Shown here: one piece after another, positions 27,218 through 34,370 of the stretch | How the letters are laid out: each line of letters opens with the position of its first letter | How positions within the stretch are numbered: the first letter of the stretch is position 1 | NCBI GenBank assembly: GCA_003138955.1 | Contig: PLHP01000200.1 | Location: 1-58,162, forward strand | Reading direction: 5' to 3' | DNA length: 58,162 nucleotides | Source: Acidobacteriaceae bacterium | GTDB taxonomy: Bacteria; Acidobacteriota; Terriglobia; Terriglobales; Acidobacteriaceae | Position numbers and translations under genes: made by a program | Notes under the pieces: generated by a model | What the model was told of the DNA's origin: nothing | Database searches by the model: none | What the model saw: only the letters and a program-made list of their open reading frames with translations

Positions 27218-28498
27218 TTGAAAGTGTCCAGCGCAACCACCAACTCGAAGCACGCCCTCGACCCCAAACTCATCGAGCGCATCCTGGCGGAAGTTCGCGA
27301 AGACGAAATCGTCTCCATGTCCAGCGACGTGATCAACATCCCCAGCCCGACCGGCGAAGAACTGCAGATGGCGCAATACATGCAATCGGCGCTGCAGAAG
27401 CTGGGTCTCGACATCACCTGGCAGGAAGTTGAAGAAGCGCGCGCCAACGTGGTCGGCCGTTGGAAAGGATCGGGCGGCGGCAAGAACCTGATGTTCAACG
27501 GCCACATGGACACCTCCAACACTGGCCAAGAAGAATTTCTCACCGGTCTCGGTTATAAACCGCACGCCGTAGTCAAAGACGGCTTCATCTACGGCCTCGG
27601 CATCTACAACATGAAAGGCGCGCTCGTCTGTTACACCAACGCCGTGAAAGCGCTCCAGCGTGCGGGCGTGCGCCTGAAAGGGGACGTCATCATTGCCGCC
27701 GTCGCCGGTGAAATTGAAAAAACGCAGTGGGGTGAATTCAAGGGCAAGCAGTACCGCGGCTACGGATACGGCACGCACTACCTCGTAAACCATGGAGTGC
27801 TGCCCGACATGTGCATTCTCGGTGAGCCCACCGACATGCATGTGGTTCTCGAGCACTTCGGCTCCATGTGGGTGCGCATCTCATGCACGGGAATTTATGT
27901 GCACACCGCCTTCTGCGAGGGCCGTGAAGAAATGAATTCCATCCGCCGCATGGTTGAACTCATGCCGCCCCTCCTGAAGTGGATTGAAGGATGGGAGAAG
28001 AAGGCAAGCTACGGCGGCAGGAAGGCCATAGTGAATCTCGGCGGTATCCGCGGCGGACACGCTTGGCGCGCCAGCCGCACTCCAGAAAAAACGGACTTGT
28101 TCCTCGACGTGCGCGTCCCGCCCACGATCCCCATGGCCGAAGCGCGTCGCGACGTGCAGGGCCTCTTCTTCGAACTTGAGAAAGCGCACGCGGACTGGGG
28201 TTTGGAATTCGAAACCTACGTCTCGGTCCCGGGCGCGCGCATCAGCGAAGAACACGAGATGATCCGCGCTATTGACCGCAATCACAAACGCATCACCGGA
28301 AAAACGCCGGAGAGGGAAGTGGTCACCTGGTGCTCCGATGCCAGCGTGCTCAGCCGGTTCGGAGTCGAGACCGTGAACTACGGCCCCTCCAGTGGCCCGC
28401 GAGACAAAGAGGGAGAAAAAGTTCGCATTCAAACATTGGTGGACATCACAAGAATTTATGCGCTCACCGCCGCCGAATTGTGCGGCGTGAGCGGGTAG
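27218..28498 (+). CDS. M20-family peptidase / amidohydrolase (ArgE/DapE-like)
   Basis: IPSPTGEE...A.Y....L..LG, NGHMDT and the dimerisation-domain layout match the family. TTG start; no in-frame ATG is compatible with the conserved N-terminus. Confidence 0.75.
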   Translation: MKVSSATTNSKHALDPKLIERILAEVREDEIVSMSSDVINIPSPTGEELQMAQYMQSALQKLGLDITWQEVEEARANVVGRWKGSGGGKNLMFNGHMDTSNTGQEEFLTGLGYKPHAVVKDGFIYGLGIYNMKGALVCYTNAVKALQRAGVRLKGDVIIAAVAGEIEKTQWGEFKGKQYRGYGYGTHYLVNHGVLPDMCILGEPTDMHVVLEHFGSMWVRISCTGIYVHTAFCEGREEMNSIRRMVELMPPLLKWIEGWEKKASYGGRKAIVNLGGIRGGHAWRASRTPEKTDLFLDVRVPPTIPMAEARRDVQGLFFELEKAHADWGLEFETYVSVPGARISEEHEMIRAIDRNHKRITGKTPEREVVTWCSDASVLSRFGVETVNYGPSSGPRDKEGEKVRIQTLVDITRIYALTAAELCGVSG

Positions 28499-28573
28499 AT
28501 GCGGTTCGTATCGGGGCATCGCTTTAGCGACGCCAAGAGTGCTTTGAAATCAGACGCCCCTTTAGGGGTTGGG
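28496..28573 (+). repeat. Intergenic repeat element, copy B
   Basis: It has the same 30-nt core (28505-28534) and the second block agacgcccctttaggggttggg. Relative to copy A it has a 5-nt insertion (gcggt). It begins at the TAG stop of the M20 gene. Confidence 0.8.
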
Positions 28574-28587
28574 CATCAGAGGTCCTT

Positions 28588-29733
28588 TTGCCAAGTCCGA
28601 AAGAAATCGATCGCCGTTACAAGAACATCCGCTCCCGCATGCAAGCCGCCGGACTGGACGCTCTGATCGTCTGCGGCAATCAATACGCTGGATTCGAAGG
28701 CGCGGTCTTCTACACGTCCGGATTCGAGATTGTCCATCGTTACGTTTACGTCGTCATCCCGCTCGAAGGCGAACCCACGCTCGTCTTTCCGCGCGAAGCT
28801 CGCTGGATTGGCGACAAAAACAAGCCCTGGGTGAAAGACCAGGTCTGGCCCGACGTTCCCGGCCAATGGCTGCGCGACCGCGCTATCGAGCGCAAATGGA
28901 AGCGCATCGGCACGTTTGGGATGAACTTCGTCATGGCCGTTCGCGACTACCGCGAACTGGCGCAAGGTTCGTTCGAACTCGTGCCCTTTGACCAGGAATT
29001 CGACATGGCACGCGCCGTGAAGAGTGCAGAAGAACTCGTTGAAGTTCGCGACGCCATGGACATCGTCGTCGATGGCTTCTGGGCGCTGGTCGCGGGCTAC
29101 AAGCCGGGCAAGACCGAAGCTGAAATCATGGCGCCCGCGGTGGAGCGCTTCTTCGCTCGCGGCGCCGGCCCGCGCATGATGAACATTCTTCTCTCGGGTG
29201 AACACGGGGAGGCGAACGCGTACTTCAAAGTTCCCGGTCATCGCAAAGTTTCGGGCGACGATCTTCTTCTTTATTCGCTCGAAGTTACCGGAGCGGGCGG
29301 TTATTGGGTGGAATTTTCGCGTGCGCTGATCCAGGGAAAGCCGAGCGCCACCACGCAGAAGATGGCCGACGTTTATCCGCACGCGATGGAATCAGCTCGC
29401 AGATTGATGCGTCACGGCGAACTCGCTTCCACGGTGCATCGCACGGTTGCCGACATATTTGACAAGCACGGTTTCACACTCGGACATCTTTCCGGCCATA
29501 GCATCGGGATGACGATGCTTGAGTATCCCGCCATTGGTGCGAAAAGCGAGGTTCGACTGGAAGAGAACATGATCTTCTCCCTGCATCCGCAGGTCGTGGA
29601 TCAGAACGGAAGGGTTTGCCTCTACACGCAGGACACGTACCGCATCGGCAAGACCGAAGGCGAGTGTTTGGCCAACGTGCCGTGGAAGTTCTTCACGGGT
29701 GAGGAGACGCGGGGAAGCGCGGTGGGAGGTTAG
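28588..29733 (+). CDS. M24/creatinase-fold protein, copy b, with substituted metal-ligand positions
   Basis: The pita-bread fold is recognisable (GYWVEFSR, GHSIG). The positions of the two canonical Glu ligands read SLHPQ and YTQD. TTG start with an AGAGG RBS. Confidence 0.65.
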   Translation: MPSPKEIDRRYKNIRSRMQAAGLDALIVCGNQYAGFEGAVFYTSGFEIVHRYVYVVIPLEGEPTLVFPREARWIGDKNKPWVKDQVWPDVPGQWLRDRAIERKWKRIGTFGMNFVMAVRDYRELAQGSFELVPFDQEFDMARAVKSAEELVEVRDAMDIVVDGFWALVAGYKPGKTEAEIMAPAVERFFARGAGPRMMNILLSGEHGEANAYFKVPGHRKVSGDDLLLYSLEVTGAGGYWVEFSRALIQGKPSATTQKMADVYPHAMESARRLMRHGELASTVHRTVADIFDKHGFTLGHLSGHSIGMTMLEYPAIGAKSEVRLEENMIFSLHPQVVDQNGRVCLYTQDTYRIGKTEGECLANVPWKFFTGEETRGSAVGG

Positions 29734-29736
29734 AGA

Positions 29737-29779
29737 TCAGATTGCAGACGTAAACGGGCCTGTAGAATCTGCAATCTGA
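29737..29779 (+). promoter_or_regulatory. Perfect 12-bp inverted repeat (intercistronic stem-loop or binding site)
   Basis: tcagattgcaga (29737-29748) pairs with tctgcaatctga (29768-29779) across a 19-nt spacer. There is no downstream T-tract. Confidence 0.4.
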
Positions 29780-29810
29780 CCTGTGACCTTCTGATATTAG
29801 GAGCGAAGTC

Positions 29811-30737
29811 TTGCTAAAGATCTGCATCGTCGGCTGTGGTGCGGTGGGCAGCTTGTTTGCTGCGCATCTGGCTAAGAAAGGCGAGGCCGAAATCTGGGCC
29901 TACGACGTCTGGAAAGACCACGTCGAAGCCATCCGCAATAACGGTCTGCGTATTTCCGGAGCCGCCGATTTCACTGCGAAGCTGAATGCCACCAGCGATG
30001 CCAAGGAACTTCCGCGCTGTGACTATGGCATCGTCGCCACCAAAGCCATCCACACCCGTGGCGCGATCGCGCAGGTTGCCCGCGCCTTCGACGAAAACAG
30101 CGCTGTCTGCTCCGTTCAAAACGGCGTCGGCAACGAAGAGATCATCGCGGAACACGTGAAGTACGTCATTCGTGGCACGACGTTCCCCGCCGGACATCCC
30201 ATCGCTCCCGGCCACATCGGCTTCGACATCAAGGGCGACACCTGGATTGGTCCCTTCGAACCGACGAACACTCCGATGTCAAAGGTTGAAGAACTGGCCG
30301 GGCTGGTTACGCGCTCAGGCATGAACGTGATCGCGCTCAAAGATGCGCGCGGCGCGCAGTGGACGAAGCTGATCTTCAATGCGTCCACTAATCCGGTGGG
30401 GGGGCTGACCCTGCTGCATCACGGCGCCGCCACCCGATTTCCGGCGACGGCACAGTTATTCAATGACTTGATCGCGGAGGGTGAGGCGGTAGCGAAGGCG
30501 CTGGGCATCGAACTGCACGGGGATCCGCGAGCGCTGGTGCAAAAGGGTGCGAGCGCTCCCGGAAAACACCGGGCGTCGATGCTGCAGGACGTACTCGCCA
30601 AACGCCAGACCGAAGTCGACTTCATGAACGGCGCAATCGCGAAATGGGGCGAGAAGACCGGCGTTACGACGCCCCTAAATAAAGCCGTATGGGAGCTGAT
30701 CAAGGGCCTGGAGCACGCCTGGAGCGACCCAGATTAG
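29811..30737 (+). CDS. Ketopantoate reductase (PanE/ApbA) family oxidoreductase, copy 2
   Basis: A clear paralogue of 25034-25984, sharing CGA.GSL.AAHLA, QNGVG.EEIIA, W.GPFEPT.TP and AQW.KLIFN. TTG start after an AGGAG RBS. Confidence 0.75.
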   Translation: MLKICIVGCGAVGSLFAAHLAKKGEAEIWAYDVWKDHVEAIRNNGLRISGAADFTAKLNATSDAKELPRCDYGIVATKAIHTRGAIAQVARAFDENSAVCSVQNGVGNEEIIAEHVKYVIRGTTFPAGHPIAPGHIGFDIKGDTWIGPFEPTNTPMSKVEELAGLVTRSGMNVIALKDARGAQWTKLIFNASTNPVGGLTLLHHGAATRFPATAQLFNDLIAEGEAVAKALGIELHGDPRALVQKGASAPGKHRASMLQDVLAKRQTEVDFMNGAIAKWGEKTGVTTPLNKAVWELIKGLEHAWSDPD

Positions 30738-30793
30738 AGATTTCATTTCGCAGCATTAACCAGGAACGAGAAAGAGGAAACAGAGAAACGATT

Positions 30794-31861
30794 ATGCCCG
30801 TCTCATTCAACATCGGAGTCCTGCAACTCAGTATGGAGCCCGTCCAAGAAACCGTGGCCATGGCCAAGGCGTGCGAGGATGCGGGCTTCGACACCTTCTG
30901 GATCGCGGAAGCCTATCCCTGGTGGCGGAAACATTCATTCGAAGCCCGCTCCTCGACCGCCATCTTGGCTGTCATCGCCAGCCAGACCAAGCGCATTCAG
31001 CTCGGTTGGGGAATTATTTCTCCCTACACACGCCATCCTGTCGAGATCGCGATGGAAGCACGGGTTATGCAGGATCTGGCCGGCGACCGCTTCCTCATGG
31101 GCCTGGGCGCGTCGAAGATCTTCATGAAAGAAATCGGCGAGGGGGAAGGCGAGAAGGTCGGTCCCGCGACCGTGATGCGGGAAAGCATCGAGATCATCCG
31201 CGGCATACTCAAGGGCGACAAATTCGAATATCAGGGCAAAGTGTTTGCGGCCAGCGTTCCCCCGGTGAAGAGCGACGCGCACGCCTCGCGCAAAATCCCG
31301 CCGTTCTATGTCGCCGGCACCGGCCCGGTGATGCAGAAGCTCGGCGGATCGCTGGGCGACGGGCTGCTCACCGCCTCGATTACCACGCCCGCGTTCGCAC
31401 GTTATTCGAAAAGGAACATGGAAGAAGGCGCAGCGAAAGCGGGCAAGGATGCTTCCAAACTGGTTCTCGGCTGCGTGATCGTCGGCAGCATCGGGCGCGA
31501 TTCGAAAAAAGGAAAAGAAGGCGCGCGCGAGCAGGCCGCCATGTATCTTGCCAATAAAGTGCAGAACATCAAAGGTTCAGCCGATGTGTTGCTCGAATCC
31601 GCCGGCATCACTTTCGAAGAGCTGCAACCGGTCGCGGACGCGATGGAAAAAGGGGGACGCAAAGCCGCGGCGCAGGCCGTCAGCGATGAACTTCTGCGCA
31701 AAGTCTGTCCCATCGCGGGGACGCCCGACGAGTGCATTCAGAAGATCGAAGAATACCGCGCCGCTGGCTGTACCCACATCATGCTCGAAATCTGGGGCGA
31801 CGACCGCACGGGGCAAGCGAAATTGTTTGGCGACGCGGTATTGCCGCATTTGAGAAAGTAA
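30794..31861 (+). CDS. LLM-class oxidoreductase, Mer-like (probably F420-dependent)
   Basis: The ATG at 30794 is chosen because the listed ORF extension overlaps the PanE2 3' end. It aligns by eye with methylene-H4MPT reductase (Mer): I.LG.G...PY.R.P...A.....L...R...G.G, P.Y.A..GP.M.K..G...DG.L.. and GTPDE.I.KIE. Confidence 0.6.
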   Translation: MPVSFNIGVLQLSMEPVQETVAMAKACEDAGFDTFWIAEAYPWWRKHSFEARSSTAILAVIASQTKRIQLGWGIISPYTRHPVEIAMEARVMQDLAGDRFLMGLGASKIFMKEIGEGEGEKVGPATVMRESIEIIRGILKGDKFEYQGKVFAASVPPVKSDAHASRKIPPFYVAGTGPVMQKLGGSLGDGLLTASITTPAFARYSKRNMEEGAAKAGKDASKLVLGCVIVGSIGRDSKKGKEGAREQAAMYLANKVQNIKGSADVLLESAGITFEELQPVADAMEKGGRKAAAQAVSDELLRKVCPIAGTPDECIQKIEEYRAAGCTHIMLEIWGDDRTGQAKLFGDAVLPHLRK

Positions 31862-31953
31862 GGAACCTGGGTTGCGGGCGTTGTCTGCGTAAGGGACAAC
31901 GTCTGTTTCCCTCAATAAAATCTGAGGCTGCTTTAGCCTACGGGCAAACGTCG

Positions 31954-33009
31954 ATGAAACTTGTGACCTTTGAGAACGCTGCGCGCCAATCCCGCATTGG
32001 CGCGCTAGTGGGAGACCATCCTACTGCTGATCGGCAGGATGCCGATCTGCACATTGTTGACCTGCACACGGCTTGCGCGCTTTACCTGCGCGATGTCGAG
32101 AGCGAAGCCATTTTCTACCGCATGGCCGATGCCTTGGTGCCGCCTGACATGCGAGCCTTGTTCCGTGGCGGAGACACGAGCCTGGAAGCCGCGCGCAAAG
32201 CTCTCGACTATGTCGTCCACCTCGCGGCCGGCGTCACCGGCATCGTCGGTCCGCGCGGCGAGAGCGTGCTCTACTCGCTCCGCGACATACAGCTCAAGGC
32301 GCCCATCATCCCGAAGAAGTTTTTTCACACGGCGGGCAACTTTCGGGAGCACCACGAAGAAGCGACCAAAGCCGGTTTTTCGCATCCGGTCATGCCGTGG
32401 ATCGTTTTTTTTCAGAACACGGACGCGATCATCGGACACGAAGAGCCGGTGATCTACCCCGAGCACCTTACGCAGGAACTGGATTACGAACTGGAACTGG
32501 CGGTCGTTCTAAAGAAAGCTGGCAAGCACTTTACGCCGGAAGAGGCGTCCAGCTACATCGGCGGCTATGTAATCTTCAACGACATTACGGCGCGCGACAT
32601 TCAGCGCCGGGAAATGAAATCGGGCGTCTTCAGCTTCTGCAAGGGAATCGACACCTTCTGCCCGCTGGGGCCGTGGATCGTGACCGCCGACGAGATTCCC
32701 GACGCGCATAACCTGGCCATGGAGCTGCGTGTGAATGGCGAGTCGCGGCAGCGCTCGCACTCGAGCAAAATGTCGGTCAAGATTCCGGAGATCCTCTCGC
32801 ACTACTCGCCGATGGGATACAGCGCGGGCGATGTGGTCTCGACCGGAACGGTCTCGGGCGTGGCGGCGTTTTCAGGAGATCCGAAGACGTGGTACCTGAA
32901 GCCGGGCGATGTGATGGAATGCGAAATCGAAAAGATCGGCGTGTTGCGGAATCCGGTGATCTCGTGGGAAACGGCCTATGGCAAGAAACCGGCAGCGCTC
33001 GCGACGTAG
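31954..33009 (+). CDS. Fumarylacetoacetate hydrolase family protein (cytoplasmic)
   Basis: The ATG at 31954 (MKLVTFE...) is chosen. FAH-domain motifs present are K.F....NF..H, LDYELELAVV, ND.TARD.Q and GDV..TGT..G. Confidence 0.8.
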   Translation: MKLVTFENAARQSRIGALVGDHPTADRQDADLHIVDLHTACALYLRDVESEAIFYRMADALVPPDMRALFRGGDTSLEAARKALDYVVHLAAGVTGIVGPRGESVLYSLRDIQLKAPIIPKKFFHTAGNFREHHEEATKAGFSHPVMPWIVFFQNTDAIIGHEEPVIYPEHLTQELDYELELAVVLKKAGKHFTPEEASSYIGGYVIFNDITARDIQRREMKSGVFSFCKGIDTFCPLGPWIVTADEIPDAHNLAMELRVNGESRQRSHSSKMSVKIPEILSHYSPMGYSAGDVVSTGTVSGVAAFSGDPKTWYLKPGDVMECEIEKIGVLRNPVISWETAYGKKPAALAT

Positions 33010-33042
33010 GAAACGGTGAAGTAGGCGTGTGTCGAGGAGGAT

Positions 33043-34249
33043 CATGACTGCAAATTCTAAGATCTGGGTGAGCGAACTCAACGCTCGGCCGGAGGTTCGG
33101 GCCTCGTTTTCGGAAACGCCCATCCGGTTTTACGATACGACGCTGCGCGATGGTGAGCAGACGGTTGGGGTCGTGCTCTCGCCGCAGCAGAAGCTGGAAA
33201 TCGCGTACAAGCTGGATGAGCTCGGAGTGAGCCGCATTGAAGCCGGATTTCCGCGGGTCTCGGTGGAAGACGCGGAAGCCATTCAGCTCATGCAGAAGGC
33301 CGGCATCAAGGCGGAGCTCTGGGGATTTTCGCGCGCCGTCAAAGCCGACGTCGCAGAGTTGGTGCGGCTGAACCTTCGCTATACCGTGATTGAAGCGCCC
33401 GTCAGCGAGATCAAGCTGAAAGCGTATGGCCTTTCGCGGGAAGAAGTGCTGCGCCGAATCCGCGATGCTGTCTCGGCGGCGCGAGAGGCCGGTATTACGG
33501 TAGCATTCTTCGCTGTCGATGGAACGCGCACCGAGCTGGAATTTCTGAAAACCGTTTACCTGTCGGCGCTCGATGCTGGAGCGAAGGAACTGGTCGTCGT
33601 CGACACGATCGGCGCTTGCGGGCCAGAGGCGGCGGAATATCTGACACGACAAGTTTGCGAGTGGGCGGGCAAAGATGTGCCCGTGCATTTCCACGGGCAC
33701 AACGATTTCGGCATGGCGACGGCCTGCGCGGTGGCGGCCGTCCGCGGCGGAGCGACCTGGATCCAAGGCACGATCAACGGCATGGGAGAGCGCGCGGGCA
33801 ATGCCGATATCGCCGAGATTGCGCTCGCGCTGCGCTGCCTCTATGACGTACCGGTAGTACTGAATCTCGAAAAGGTGCGCGAGGTTTCCGAGGTGGTGCA
33901 GCGGGCTGCGGGGTACACGCTTGAGGCGTGGAAGCCGCTGGTCGGCCAAAACTTGTTCATGCGCGAAAGCGGCGCGGTAGCCAGCCAGTTTCATCTCCCG
34001 GAGGCAATCGAGCCCTACTCGGCGGAAATTGTGCAGGCGGAGCGCCGGATCGTTCTCGGCAAAAAAAGCGGGCTCGACAGCATCGACCTGAAATGCAAGG
34101 AGCTCGGCATTACGGTCGCGGCCGAGCAGCGGGGTCCGGTGCTGGCAGCGGTGAAGCTGGCCGCGGTCAATCAGGCTGCGGCCGGCAAATGCGGGTTGGT
34201 AAGCAATGACCAGTTTCGGCAGATTCTGGCGGCCATGCACATTGGCTGA
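33043..34249 (+). CDS. DRE-TIM metallolyase / 2-isopropylmalate-homocitrate-citramalate synthase family protein (short form, no LeuA regulatory domain)
   Basis: FYDTTLRDGEQ, HFHGHNDFG and NGMGERAGNA are motifs of the pyruvate-carboxyltransferase (HMGL-like) domain. The ATG at 33043 follows GAGGAGGA. Confidence 0.8.
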
Positions 34250-34370
34250 AATCGGGGTCTGAGATCTGGCTGAATGAGGCCGCTCGGGCGCAAATCACAA
34301 GGATGTGTGATCAATATCACTGCACCGAGTGAGCGTCTGGGCGACCTTAGGATCTTGCGTGGAGGTCCAC

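Noticed and set aside
28501-28520. A tRNA T-arm-like string (gcggttcgtatcgggg) within repeat copy B.
   Set aside because: It deviates from the GGTTCGAATCC consensus. No acceptor or anticodon arms can be drawn, and the gcggt part is absent from copy A.
32777-34240. A 487-aa ORF on the minus strand, antisense to the DRE-TIM synthase/lyase gene. Similar long antisense ORFs lie at 35106-36914, 11970-12974, 13190-14281, 20633-21562, 40415-41623, 47422-48543 and 52807-53658.
   Set aside because: These are Arg/Pro/Gly/Ala-rich translations typical of the antisense frames of GC-rich genes. They have no recognisable motifs, and each is fully overlapped by a sense-strand gene with clear family signatures.
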